64,000 nucleotides of DNA from the NCBI GenBank assembly GCA_030390025.1, contig CM059425.1, positions 161,698,001-161,762,000 on the forward strand, read 5' to 3'. The notes beneath the pieces are model-generated. The model searched no databases and was not told the origin of the DNA. It worked only from the letters and a program-made list of their open reading frames with translations. The translations under genes and the position numbers were made by a program. Origin of the DNA: Squalus acanthias. Taxonomy: Eukaryota. Shown piece after piece: positions 23,961 through 37,083 of the stretch (positions are counted from its first letter, which is position 1; each line of letters begins with the position of its first letter).

Positions 23961-26787
23961 GATAGAGAGGGAAAAAGGGGAGGTGGAGTAGCTGTACTTA
24001 TTAGGGATAACATAATGACAGTAGAAAAAAGGGACGTAGATATCAGCAAGACAAAATAGAATCCATATGGATAGAGATAAAAGATAATAAAGGATCAATC
24101 ACACTAATAGGCATAGTCTACAGACCACCTAATAGTGGAAGGGAGGTGGAGGAAGAAATATGCAGACAAATTAGAGAAATTAGTAAAAAACATAGAATAA
24201 TAATCATGGGGGATTTCAACTACCCCGATATTAATTGGACAGAAGAGGTAGGTAAAGGGGATAAGGGAATGGAGTTCCTACAATGTCTACAGGACTCCTT
24301 TCTAACCCAATATGTACAAAGCCCAACAAGGGAGGATTTGCTATTGGATCTAGTTATGGGGAATGAGCCAGAGCAGATAAGAGAAGTAAAAGTAGGGGAA
24401 CATATAGGCAATAGTGACCATTATATAATACGCTTTAAGATGATAATAGAGAAGGACATAATTATGACAAAAATCAGGTTAATAAATTAGAGAAAAGCTG
24501 ATTTTGAGGGGCTGAGAATAGAACTTGGGAAGATAAAATGGGCAACAATATTGGCAAACAACGATGTAGAACGACAATGGGAAACATTTAAAACGGTGTT
24601 CAACAGAGTGCAGGAAAAATATATTCCACTAAAAGGAAAGAACAAACTAAACACTAATGAGACTCCATGGATGAATAAAGGCGTAAGAGAACAATTGAGG
24701 GTAAGGAAAGAGCAGAGGAGTGCATGATAAGGGAGAATACGAAGGGATTAGGAGAAGTCAAAAAAACAATTAGGAAGGCAAAGAGGAACTATGAAATTAA
24801 ATTATCAAAAATGAGAAGTCGCACAACACCAGGTTATAGTCCAACAGTTTTATTTGAAATCACAAGTAAAACTGTTGGACTATAACCTGGTGTTGTGCGA
24901 CTTCTCATTTTTGTCCACCCCAGTCCAACACCGGCATCTCCGCATCATGACCATTAAATTATCAAGGCACATTAAACAAAATAGTAAAATATTTTACAGG
25001 CACATCAATAAAAAAAGGAAGGTTGGGATGGGAATAGGGCCATTAAGGGATAGACAGGACAATACCACAGGTAACGATAGGGAGATGGCAAAAATATTAA
25101 ATCATTATTTCGCTTCGGTATTTACCAGGGAGATAAAACATGTGGACATGACATTGGATGATGAGATGGGTAATGAGATAAGTGCATTTAAAATTTAAAA
25201 AAGGGGATATATTAAATAAACGAATCAAACTCAAAGAGTAGATTGCATCCACACATTTGAAAAGAATCCAGGGAAGAGATAGCAGAGGCATTACTACACA
25301 CATTTAATAATTCGTTAGAAAAAGGTGCAGTGCCAGAGGACTGGTGGATAGCTAATGTAATACCTATATTTAAGAAGGGGGATAGAACATGTCCAGGGAA
25401 TTATAGACCAGTCAGCTTAACATTGGTGGTAGGAAAAATAATGGAATCCCTACTAAAGGAGAGAATAGAAGAACATCTAGAAACTAAAAGTATAATAATG
25501 AATAGTCAGCATGGATTTCAAAAGGGAAAATCCTGCTTGACCAACCTTACTGAATTTTTTGAAGAGGTAACAGCGAGAGTAGACAATGTTAATGCAGTAG
25601 ATGTAATTTATCTAGATTTTCAAAAGGCCTCCGATAAGGTACCCCATAATAGACTGATGAACAAGGTCAGAGAATGCGGAGTCAGGGTACAAGTAGCAGA
25701 ATGGATAGCTAGTTGGCTTCAAGACAGAAAGCAGAGAGTGGGAGTAAAGGGTAGCTATTCAAGGGTAGTGGTGTTCCACAAGGATCAGTACTGGGACCAC
25801 TGCTGTTCACAATTTACATTAACAATTTAGACTTTGGAATCAAAAATACAATTTCTAAATTTGTGGATGACACCAAATTGGGGGGATAGTCAATACTGAG
25901 GAGGACTGCAACAAATTACAGAAGGACATTAATAAACTTGCAGAATGTGCATATAATTGGCAAATGAAGTTCAACACAGATAAATGTGAGGTATTATATT
26001 TTGGTAGGAAGAATAGGGAGGTCACTTATCACTTGGAGGGTGCGAGTTTAGGTGGGGTAGAGGAACAAAGGGATCTAGAAGTACAAATACACAAATTACT
26101 AAAAATTGCGACACAGGTTAGCAAGGCTATAAAAAAAGCAAACCAAGCACTCGGGTTTATTTCTAGAGGGATAGAATTGAAAAGTAGGGAAGTTATGCTA
26201 AACCTGTATCGAACCTTGGTTAGACCACACTTAGAGTACTGTGTGCAGTTCTGGTTGCCATATTATAAAAAAGATATAGAGGCACAGGAGAGGGTGCAGA
26301 GAAGATTTACAAGGATGATACCAGAAATGCGAGGGTATACATATCAGGAAAGGATGAACAGGCTGGATCTCTTTTCTCTTGAAAAAAGGCTGAGGGGTGA
26401 CCTAATAGAAGTCTTTAAAATTATGAGAGGTTTTGATAGAGTGGATACAGAGAGAATGTTTCCACTTATGGGGAAGAGCATAACTAGAGGCCATCAATAT
26501 AAGATAGTCACCAAGAAATCCAAAAGGGAATTCAGAAGAAACTTCTTTACCCAAAGAGTGGTGAGAATGTGGAACTCGCTACTACACGGAGTGGTTGAAG
26601 CGAATAGCATAGATACATTCAAGGGGAGGCTGGACAAGCACATGAGGGAGAAGGGAATAGAGGGTTACACTGATAGATTTAGATGAGGAAAGACGGGAGG
26701 AGGCTCGAGTGGAGCATAAACGCCGGCATGGACTTGTTGGGCCGAATGGCCTGTTTCTGTGCCGTATATCCTATGAAATCCTATGTA
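23960..26787 (+). mobile_element. CR1 LINE ORF2 (APE + RT) with 3' UTR, decayed
   Basis: RGGGVAVLI, IMGDFNYPDINW, NYRPVSLT, QHGFQKGKSCLTNL, RTLVRPHLEYCVQFW; tail TCCTATGAAATCCTATGT. Confidence 0.92.
24806..24952. mobile_element. Short foldback Penelope-like insertion (collapsed relative of 33035-33491)
   Basis: 47-bp perfect inverted arms 24806-24852 and 24867-24913; tail TCCACCCCAGTCCAACACCGGCATCTCCGCATCATGACC; TSD ATTAAATTATCAA at 24796-808 and 24953-965. Confidence 0.88.
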
Positions 26788-27010
26788 GTTCTCCCAGTGT
26801 CCTTGACAACATCTCTCAACCAACACCTAAAAAAAGAGGTGATCTGCTCATTTATTTCAGTGCTGTTAGTGGGACCTTCTGTACGGAAATTGGCTGCCAT
26901 GTTCCCCTACATTACAACAGCAACTATACTTCAAAAGTACTTCATTTGCTGTAAATGCTTTGGGAGTCCTAAGGTTGTGAAAGGCGCTATAAATGCAAGT
27001 TCTCTCTTTT
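26788..27010 (+). mobile_element. Deu-SINE (SacSINE1/AmnSINE1-like) 3' part with L2-type tail
   Basis: AAATTGGCTGCCATGTTCCCCTACATTACAACAG...CTTCAAAAGTACTTCATT...GTGAAAGGCGCTATAAATGCAAGT. Confidence 0.75.
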
Positions 27011-27563
27011 TAACTTACCATAATGTGCAGCCAGGAGGAGCAGGAGCGCTCACGCCCAAAAATGGGCCACAACAATTTCTCCCCCAAGTTTTCACAGGAC
27101 AATCAAATCGTATCCCATCTTCCAACATCGTCATTCTGCACTTCAAGCATGGATGATGAGTATCCGCTTGGTGAGTTTATAACAAATCACACAGTGTAAC
27201 AAGCTATACATTCTGGCAGATGTTCATTGCTGAAAAGACCCAATGATAAGTAACTTAATTCCTGCCACTGACATGACTTGCAACTGTCAACAAGGGAACC
27301 CAAGTGGGATATCTGATTAAAACAATGATAATGAATCAACACAGATCTTAGTTGACAGACAGTGCAGAAAGTAACAAAGTAAACTTTGAAAACAGAACAT
27401 CAATGCCAAGGTTGCACCACAAAATTGCTGCAGAAAATGACAAAAAAAACCTACAAGTAATTTTTTTGTAAAAGCTAACAATAATTTACTAAATAACAAT
27501 AAATGTGATGAATTGTGTGGGAATTAATAAAGTAAAATGCGTAAAGGTAAAGAGCTTTGTTTT

Positions 27564-28115
27564 GGGTTAGAATGGCAATTTCATGGTGCTGTCTCCCCTG
27601 TCCCAAGGGCGCCTGAAATACGTCTGACCCCAAATTAGATTTTTTAGGCGCCCCAGTGACCCTATGAATGTAATTGAATGGTCTAACACTTATTTTAGGA
27701 CCCCTATCGTAAACTGGATGGCGCAGGATGGTGTAGGCGCAGGGCCTGCTCCACTCAGGCTGCCTCAGAGGTTGCTGAGCAGTAGCCACCAACAAAAAGA
27801 TAAAGCAAATCTTTTTAAAAAGCTTGATTTGGAGCAAGGGGGAGCAGGAGTGCTCCTCCCGGTTCCTCAGCACTCCTGACGGCAGGTGCCGGCCCGCAAT
27901 TGGCCGCCGCTCCTGTTCATCTTGCCCTCCGTGGGACTTACCTGCAGCGGCCCTAAATTGATCCCCTTCAAATGGGTGAACTGCCTCTGGAGGCACGACA
28001 GGTGGCAACAGCTCATCCAAATGATTGAAATGAGGCTTAAGGGGCAATTTTGGGTGACCTTCGAGCCTCCCGGTTAGCTTTGTGCCTGAAAATGGGCTGT
28101 AATCATTTTCTACCC
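27564..28115. mobile_element. Older Harbinger-type MITE
   Basis: Degenerate TIRs GGGTTAGAAT / ATTTTCTACCC; GC-rich interior with ACTTACCTG, resembling the other MITEs. Confidence 0.55.
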
Positions 28116-28164
28116 CTCTGGCTTTTAATCTGCAGCTTCTTCTGCGTCATGACTTTTGGAAAAA

Positions 28165-29410
28165 TAAAAAATTGTTCTCAGGATGTGGGTGATGCTGGCA
28201 AAGCTGCATTTGTTGCCCATCCATAGTTGCCCTGAGAAGGTGGTGGTAGTTTTTTCCATGAACCACTGCAGTCCTTGTGCTAATGGTGCTCAGACAATGG
28301 TGTTAGGTAGGAAATTCCAGGATTTTGATCCAGTGAAGATGAAGGAACTTTAATATATGTACAAGTCAGGATGGTGTGTGACTTGGAAAAGAACTTGTAG
28401 GTGATACTGTTCCCAACATTTTGCTGCTCTTCTTCTTGATGGTTGGGGTCACGGGGCTAGAAGGTGCTGTCAAAGTAAGTTTGATGAATTGCTGCAGTGC
28501 ATCCTGTAGGTAGTACAGGCTGTAGCCACAGCACGCTTGTGGGGAAGTGGTTAGATATTGAGTCCATTGGCAGTGATGCTAATCAGGCCGACTGCTCTGT
28601 GTTAAATGGTGTCAAGCTTCTTGCAGCTGCATCCATCAAGGTGAGTGGTGAGTATTTCACCACAGTTGAGCCTTGTAGATGGTGGAAAGCCTTTGAGGAG
28701 TCAGGAGAACCAGGCTCTGCCATGCTCTTGTGTATCCACATTGTTGATATAGCTGGTCTAGGAAGCATCTGGTCAATGGTAACCCTCAGGATGTTGATTG
28801 TAGGGGTCTCTTTGCCAAGGTCAAGGGAATTGATTCAGCTTTTTCTTGTTGGAGATAGTCACTGCCTGACACTTGTGTGGTATGAATGTTACCTGCCACT
28901 TGTCAGCTTGGATGTTGCCCATCTGTAGGCTGGTATGGGTTGTTTCATTATCAGAGGAGTTGTGAATGGGACGGAACTCTGTAAAATCATCAGAAACCAG
29001 TCCCACTCCTGACCTTATTGTTGGAGGGAATGTTATTGATGAAGCAGCTGAAGATGGTTAGGCAAAGATGCTGCCTTGAGGAACTCCTGGAGAAAAGTCT
29101 TGCGACTGTAAAGACTGGCTTCCAACAACGATGAACGTCTTCCATTTTTTCAGCTATGTCTCCAGCCACTAGAGGGTTTTCTCTTTGATCACCATTGACC
29201 TAAGTTTTGGGAGTGCTCTTTAGTGCTATACTTGGTCGAATACTGCCTTGATGTCAAGTGCAATTACTCTCACTTCTCCTCTGGCATTCAAGTCTTGTGT
29301 CCATGCTTGGATCACGGCTGTGCTGAAGTCTGGAACCGAGTGGTTCTGGTGGAACCCAAACTAAGCACCAGCGAGCAGTTTATTGATGTTGCTTGATGGT
29401 GATCGAAGAG
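28165..29410 (-). mobile_element. Old CR1-clade LINE fragment (family of 17505-18597)
   Basis: Reverse complement of the same 3' end and RT region; related short 3' fragments at ~14320-14460 and ~58090-58497. Confidence 0.75.
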
Positions 29411-30133
29411 TGAGGGATGTGCTGGGCCATGATACAGTCTCCACCACTTCCAATGTCCACCTTATCATGAGCAGCCACCTATATCGGGCAAATGGCACAA
29501 ACCATTTGCCATTATCATTGAATTCAATTACAAAGGTTCTGCTTAAAACACATTAAGTGTGCCTGCTATTTCAGGCTATATGGGAGGTGGAAGCTTTGTC
29601 ATCTTAATGTTCACATGTTGCCACTAACCCATTTTAATGCTTCTAAATTGATTAGCTGTATAACAAAGATACACAACACTTATTGAATTAATCCGATATG
29701 TTGTAGCGGCAAATCGAGTCCACAGGGGATTCTGGAGAAATAGGGAGAATCACAATGAACCAGAGATGGAGACCCGGAGAAAATCCATAACTTTTCTTTT
29801 TATACACATCACGCAGCAATTTTATTTTCCACTCCTTATAGCGGGAAAATCGCGTTAACTCCCGCTGAAAGTGTTGGGGATTGCACTACAGATTGTGCTG
29901 GTATATAATTCTGTGCTGCTGATGGCCCACACGCCTCATGGATGCCAGGTTTTGCTAGATCTGTCCTTAGCCACCCCACTTAGTACTAGGGCTGGGTGCT
30001 TGCTTTATGAGAAAATGTGAGAAAAAACACACATCTTACCACAGTGCTTGGTGCAATGTTTTGCACTACGGACAGAAGTGCTTTGGCATCATACCATGGA
30101 CAGGCTACTAGACGGAGCACCACACAGATCTAG

Positions 30134-30233
30134 CTATTCTGTCTTTTGAGAGGAAAAACTGACATCATTCAGCTCACCTGTTTCAGCCATGTCTGAACTG
30201 GCAAACAGAGGTGTGTGGTCTTCACTGTCTTGG
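30134..30233 (-). CDS. Candidate last coding exon of an unidentified host gene: (N)QDSEDHTPLFASSDMAETGELNDVSFSSQKTE*
   Basis: Long polypyrimidine tract + CAG acceptor (AG at 30235-30234); 1 nt + 33 codons to TAG; phase fits the exon at 62645-62826; alternative donor GTGAGC at 30177 and downstream donor GTAAGA at ~30039. Confidence 0.5.
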
Positions 30234-33034
30234 CTGACAGGTGAAATAAGTAGGACAAAATGGGGAGGAAAAAAATGTAGAAAAGCAGAAGATTTTTTTT
30301 AAATAGTCTCTTTTCTGCCTATACAAAATGCTTTATACTGTAAGCTGCTTCAGACAATAATTATCATTTACTCCAGCAATAAAGACTATTCAAAATGTTG
30401 TACGTTCCTTTATCCCTTTGTGAGCTCTGCAAAATGACATCTAAGCCGTAATGATTAATGCATACCCCTATATTCTTGCCTTTAAGTGATCTAATTTTGC
30501 GCAGGAATGCCCTGGATGGTATGTTGAACTGATTCACCACCCAGGCAGCTGCATTTGGACTAAATGAGCTGTGAAGGGTTTCATCTCTGCATATAACATT
30601 TATACTTCACAGAGTCCCACAGCATTCTGCCACCACTCTGACATATTTGTCACACAGCATCAATATAATATAAATTATTGCCATTCTCACTTGTCAATGG
30701 GTTTGTTTTCACTTCACCCGCTTAATGACTGCAGCCTCAAAAAAGGAACACTTTCAGTGCAATGCATGATTATAACTATCTTCATGTTCCCTCATGCACG
30801 TGGCCAGTAACAACATGTAGGCAAAACAAATTAATTAGACACTTTGCGTTAAAGATCACAGCATTACACATGAAAGGTCATATCAGCCAGTTGATTTTTA
30901 GCCCCTTAAGGCTTACAGTTACATTCCTGTAAAGCATGATTAAATGGGGCATTTTAGCTTTTTAGGTTATTTAGACATTATGATTCATAATTACAAATTA
31001 ATCTGCATAGTTTAATCACCTTTAATTTGACATTTTGAAATGGAAGAAGTGGTTTGTAACAAGAATTAAACCATTCAGCATATTAACTATTAATGATACA
31101 TTATGGTTTTAAAAAACTGATGATCAGTTTTGACTTCAGGAGAAGTATATTCTTTAGCCACTGAATCAGTAAAAATTGCCAGTTTAATGAAAGTTTTATT
31201 TTAAAAGTTTATTTTAAAAATGTGTTACTGAAGTTTTCTGTGATTCATGTACTTGTCTTCTTTGACAGTGATAACTGCATTTTAATAATAAAGAAATACA
31301 GGGAATATCCAAACAGAGCTAAGTAATTTCTGGTCCTTTAGCAGCTTTGATGAGAATTATTTTTTTCCTAATACTTTACCCTTTCTCTTTTCTTGAGGTT
31401 ATATATGCCATCAAATCACTATAGCCTCAACCATCTAGATCCTTGGTATTTGAATATTTCAAATTGCAAAAAATGAAATACAAACTTTTGGCCAACTTAT
31501 CCAAAAGTATCCTGATGCACTGTGCTAAGAGCATTTAGTCAGATTTGTTAATTATTGTCCATTAAAACGGGAATATATTTTGTGTGATAAATGAGGTGTC
31601 ATTCATGTTATAATAAAATCTGGCTAGTTGAAATGAACCCTTTGCACATTACAGCTGAAATGGTCCTTCTTATTGGCCTGCTTAGTTCAGTGACAAAGAC
31701 ATACAAATGTACTACATTAAATATAATCATGTGTTCCAGAAATGAACCAGTTTTGCTTACATTTTAACTGGGAGATAACATCAGCATCTAAAATGCTGTC
31801 AAATTAATATTTTATTCCCTGGAAGCAGTTGCATTTGGAGGTTGCAGAAGTCAAATTAGCTTACCAACCCACTCATTAAATGCCCCTATAGACACAACAT
31901 GTTCAGCATTGCCCTCTAGGTTTTATATAAGAACAGAATTTTTAGAGACAGGAGAGACCATTAAACAAAATAAGCTTACTTCTTAGGTATCAACTCCCAC
32001 ATCCAACTTCTCACCATATCCCTCAATCCTTTATCTCACCATAAATCCATCTAATTATCTCTTGGACCTATATATACTGTCAGCTTCTTCTCTTGTGTTT
32101 TTTGTCTCTATGGAGAAATTCTGTGTACCGATCAATATCTATGCTTCTGATATCATCCCCATTCCCCCACTAGCATAGGAGTGGGGTCTGTGGTGAAAAA
32201 AGACAAACAAAGCACATAAGCTGAGCAAGCTAGTTCAGTAGTGAGTTTCTTGAATGACACTCTTTCTGAACAATTCTCTGAGAATCCAATGACTTGATGC
32301 TTGTGAGACCAACAACAGGGGTTATCCAGGGGTGTGTCATTCTATAAGTTCCCTAATGGACCAGCCTGTTAATTGAATTCCCCTTTATAATTCTCAAAAC
32401 ACACTCACCAAAAATATGGGTTGGTCTTTGAACCCTTTAATGGTGGCGCATCCTACTTGCATAATGAAAAAAAATGTGAGACTGACACCTATCAAACTGG
32501 TGCAGATACGCAGCTCAATTAACCCTGGTAACCCCAATTTTTGGTTATGGTGAATTAGTGCAAAAAATCTACTCTAAAGACATATTAGTATTTGCAGCAG
32601 AATTTAATCAGATTATCTGCATGATTATAATGGCATCTCCACAAAAAATAATCATTCTTTTAACAGAGCTGTCAATATTGTACAGATCCTAAGTCTGAGA
32701 TTTTCAGTCAGGAGCTGTGTACCTGTGACATCAACTCACTAAAAACATAAACATGACTAATAGTGCCACGCTGTGCCTGTCACATAGAGGATAGCCAAGT
32801 AGCATTAATATAGTCTTTTATCCTTCTTTCTCTTATCCTCTTTTTTTCTCATTCTCTTTTTTATTTCTGCTTCTTAGTTATTCGGCCCTTTTTCTTACAA
32901 TTTTCTCTCTCACACTTTTCACTCTTGATCTTCACAGTCTACATAATTTTTGAATGCTTGTTAGGGAGAAAGGAAAACAATGTTATGAAGGCAGGGCTAT
33001 TCATGGTGGTAGTCAAAGCCCTGCATTAAAACTA

Positions 33035-33491
33035 TGAGAGGTCGCACAACACCAGGTTATAGTCCAACAGTTTTATTTGAAATCACAAGCTTTCGGAGCT
33101 ATCGATTGCTCCTTCCTCAGGTGAAGTAAATTAGATACAGAATCGCCAAAGCATATATAGATAGAAAACAAAGCATGTGTACTTTACAATTGCAGACCAA
33201 TAAATTAAATCATCCTGACTATCTGCCGAGGTGTGATAAACTTTATCACACCTCGGCAGATAGTCAGGATGATTTAATTTATTGGTCTGCAATTGTAAAG
33301 TACACATGCTTTGTTTTCTATCTATATATGCTTTGGCGATTCTGTATCTAATTTACTTCACCTGAGGAAGGAGCAATCGATAGCTCCGAAAGCTTGTGAT
33401 TTCAAATAAAACTGTTGGACTATAACCTGGTGTTGTGCGACCTCTCAATTTTGTCCACCCCAGTCCAACACCGGCATCTCCGCATCATGAC
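33035..33491. mobile_element. Penelope-like element terminal-repeat insertion forming a perfect palindrome (206-bp arms, 1-nt spacer) plus a 44-bp tail
   Basis: 33035-33240 is the reverse complement of 33242-33447; TSD CATTAAAACTATGAG at 33024-38 and 33492-506. Confidence 0.9.
33357..33400 (+). ncRNA. Minimal type I hammerhead ribozyme (mirror copy on minus strand at 33082-33125)
   Basis: UCAC-CUGAGGA-A-GGAGC(AAUCGAUA)GCUCC-GAAA-GC-UU-GUGA: intact CUGANGA/GAAA core, 5-bp stem II, palindromic AGCU stem III, stem I UCAC/GUGA; typical of PLE hammerheads. Confidence 0.8.
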
Positions 33492-34022
33492 CATTAAAAC
33501 TATGAGCCCTATAGTTTTAATAGATGTCTTTCACTGCTGGGATCGCCCTGCATCCACAACATTCTCACTTTTTCATTCACTATCCAGAGAGAGAAAGCAA
33601 AATCAGTGCCAAGAATTACCACCATAGTCCACACACATATGCAGTGACAATTCTCTGCTGGGAAGGTGGGAAACTACAATCTTCCAAAAGCAGGATAGTT
33701 GGTAGGTACATCTTGTTAAGCATCTGGTTTCATGCTACTAACCAGATAAGATCTACACCCACAGATAATCACAGCTGAAGATGAAGAGAAGCTCAGGAAA
33801 ACCATATTTGTACAATAAAACAATATAGTGATGGGATGAGGGGTAGTGCAACAATTCCTCTTATAGCAAATTTTGGATCTTTGTTTTGCCGTAGGGGCAG
33901 AATTCAAGTGGAGGCTGAATGCTTTCCTCATAGAAGGGGGATAAAACATAGAAGAGTCATTTTCCCCTTCCTAGTTACTGTTACACAGCAAACATCTGGT
34001 TCAAAAATATTATTGATGGGAG

Positions 34023-34200
34023 ATTTGGTGGTGCCATAGGATACCACAATGACCATTCACCTCTGGGATCTGGGTTCAATTCCAGCCCAGGCTGCTGGGA
34101 TGAAAGTCTTCCTTTTTTTTTATTTTTGTGGGAATCTTATGTGAAATGAATTTGGATAATCTCAGCCCAGTTTCTAGTGGGCACAAATAAAGCATAAAAT
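34023..34200 (+). mobile_element. Old tRNA-derived SINE head
   Basis: B-box-like GGGTTCAATTCC at ~34071; related reverse-strand copy near 55105-55175. Confidence 0.45.
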
Positions 34201-35217
34201 GCTTCTAATTTGGCATTTATAGTCAACCTCATTCAGCAAGGCTATAGTTTGGAAAATAGAAATGTCACAGTTGTGCAGTAGGGCTTGCTGTTTTCAGGTT
34301 ATGGCTAAGGTACAATGTTGGAACAAAGTACAGGGAACTTTACTCCACTGTATTAAATTTGACCTCGGAGTCCATGATGTTGGGTATTTTGGGTGATTTC
34401 ACTATTTAGCACTCTGGTGCAGAGCTTCACATGACAGGATCACATATTAGGAATTCAGACACTCTCCCCCTCCCTTATTTTCTGTCCATTAATGTTGGGA
34501 GTATTAAATTGTAAAAGTCCGCCTAGATGCCTGAAATAGGATAATGTATTTCCAGTGCTAATATTTCTTGTCTTTATAAGCACAGAAATTCACCATAAAA
34601 TTTTAAACAAAATTGTACCAGGATTCAAAATTGGAGACTGAGTGAGATACATTCCTTTTGTATTAAAAAAATACCAAAGAAATACAGTTACAGTAAACCT
34701 ATATAGGTAGCTTTAAAACAACCAAATAAAATAAACTGTTAAATTGTTATACGATGATGCTATAAATAATTGAATGACTCCACAGATAAATAATTGGCAT
34801 AAGGTGTTAAATCATAGTTCACTCACTAAAATGTCACGCAGGAACAAATGCAGTAAAAATAATAACCCAATTCACAATTGCTCAAAAAAAAGTGATATAT
34901 GACAGTAGGGCCTAGAAACTGGATAAGGCCCAAAAACGGGTGGGGGCAGCGCCCAGAGCTATTTGCCTTGGCTTCTTCTAAGTGGTGCAGGCAACAGGCA
35001 AAATTCATGCTGCCTGCTCATTAACATGATTGGAGCGCTGATCTCAACGCTAAATGCGCTGCTGATTGGCTTAGCATTCAACCGGGTTGGGGGGGGGGGG
35101 GTGGTGCAATATCGGGTGCAGTCTACTGGCCAATAAAGTTTGGTCTAGACTCTCTCCACGACTTAACGGGGAAGTGCTTTGTTGCAGAAGCACCTCATTG
35201 TCAGATGAGAAGACACA

Positions 35218-37083
35218 ATGGCCCAACAGCCAAGAGAAAGAGAAGACATTTTTCCAATGCTGCACAGAGGCCTTGGTCCTGGGGGTCCTACGACAGCGGG
35301 CTGTCCTTTACCCGCAGGGAGGCAAGAGGCCATCCAAGTTCATCATCAGAAGGATTTGGGAAGAGATTGCACAATCTGTCATGGCCACCAGTGTTGTTCC
35401 AAGGACATGGACCCAGTGCTGCAAAAAATTTAATGACCTCACAGGGCCGATCAAGGTGAGTAACGGCTTCAGCAAATGCCATCTCCCACTATCTGCACCA
35501 CAAGCCTCACAGACTGCTCAATGCACCACATCCCCATCAATCACCTACCAACAATCTCTAGCTAGCACCACTCATACCTCACAATCATGGCTTCACTTAA
35601 CCCTCACACACTTACTACTGCTGCAACACTCACACCCACATCTCACGCCTTGCACACACTGACAGCTATGGCAGGTACATCACCCAAACACATTGCATCA
35701 CATTCACTGATACACTCCCCTTTCTCTTGCAGGCCAAGGTGGCGCATAACAGACATGAGCAACAATAGACCGAAGGCGGCCAAGCCAGGATTCAGACTCT
35801 GACCGACCTCGAGGAATCCGTCTTTGAAATTATTGGAGGGGCAGTAACAGAGTCCGTGGCCAGCGGAGAAGTTAAAAGCATTGCTGATGATGACGGTACG
35901 GTCATACTTAATCCTTCTCACATCCCAACTCCCTCTCATACCATAATCTTTTCTCACTTACAAGCTGCTGATGGTGTATGCATGGATATCTTGCTTTCCC
36001 CCCTCCCCACCCCCCACCACCCCCCGCCTCTTCATCACAACCCGACCTTTGTGACTTTCTGCTTTCAGATACCCAAGAAGTGCTACCAGCACAGCCGGTA
36101 CCTCATCATCTTCAGCAAACTGACGGAGGAGAAGAAGAAGAAGGAGAAGAGAAACTGACACTGCATTTGACACTCGCAGACACCAGCTCAGAAAATGGCA
36201 CTGCGCGTACTTTAGAGGGTAGTTTAGAGGTGGGATCTGCACCTGGTGAGTCACCGGGCATGAGAGGGCTGCAGCCAGGCCAGGGGGGAAGGGTTGCTCG
36301 AGTTCGCGCACGAGTTCTGCTACACAGGACTCAGATGATGATCTCGATGGGGCGGCCTTCAAAAGAAGGGCGATGGGCATGCACACGGAAATGCTAGGTG
36401 CCTGCCAGATAGCCTCTTGTTAGTGTCAAAGAACATGGAGGAATCCTGCTCCAACATTGCACTGGGTATTGCGCAGAGCTTGGAGCCCATGATTTCCAGA
36501 ATGGAAATGATGGACAACTCCATAAGAGAATTTGTGGACCCAAACATAATGCTGGGTGTAATGGACAATGGGCACAGGCAGAAGCAACCCAACATCTCAC
36601 TGCTGCAGTGGATGTGCAGACTGTTCTCCTGCAGGCTCAGCTTGCTGCCACCCAAGCTCAGACTGCTACCATCGTCGCTGGGTTTACGAGTGTCAAAATG
36701 GGCTGGCCGGGTGTCGCAGCAGTCCAGCAATCTGTGCTCCAACAGTTGCTAGGAATGCTGAGGTGCCGCCCCGGGGGAGTGGTAGTGGGTCTGTGGAGCA
36801 AGAACTTGCTGTCCTCTCTCAGGATGACAGCATTCCTACTCCCACCACTGCCACTCCACCATTGCCCTTGCTCCTGCCTATTAGCCAGCCAGCTCAGACT
36901 GCTGCCGCCCATGCCGAGGTGGTGCAGTCTACAGCTGGGCCCTCTAGGTCCAGAGCTGTTCGAGGTCGTCCTGCAAGGCCATCTGTAGTCTCCCCCACTG
37001 AAAGTCAGCAGCCTTCCACCAGCCATGCTGCAGCCACTGGGGGAGCACTGCATAGCAGCACTAGAGTAGGAAAAGGTACATGA
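35218..37083 (+). pseudogene. Harbinger Myb/SANT-like (MSANTD/NAIF1-like) DNA-binding protein gene; 3 predicted exons 35218-35455, 35733-35895, 36069-37083; frameshifted
   Basis: RAVLYPQGGKRPS...WEEIAQSV...RTWTQCCKKFNDL; AAG|GTGAGT, TTGCAG|, G|GTACGG and TTTCAG| splice signals; acidic/low-complexity C-terminus. Confidence 0.8.

Noticed and set aside
27098..27170. Plus-strand exon candidate (CAG|DNQIVSHLPTSSFCTSSMDDEYPL|GTGAGT)
   Set aside because: Good splice signals but no partner exon or recognisable homology, and opposite to the inferred host gene; left uncalled
33035..33447. Palindrome as an assembly or foldback-read artefact
   Set aside because: It is bounded by a 15-bp TSD, and an independent copy with the same design exists at 24806-24952; raw-read confirmation is still desirable
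34023..34100. tRNA gene
   Set aside because: Only a B-box-like motif; no complete cloverleaf, consistent with a SINE head
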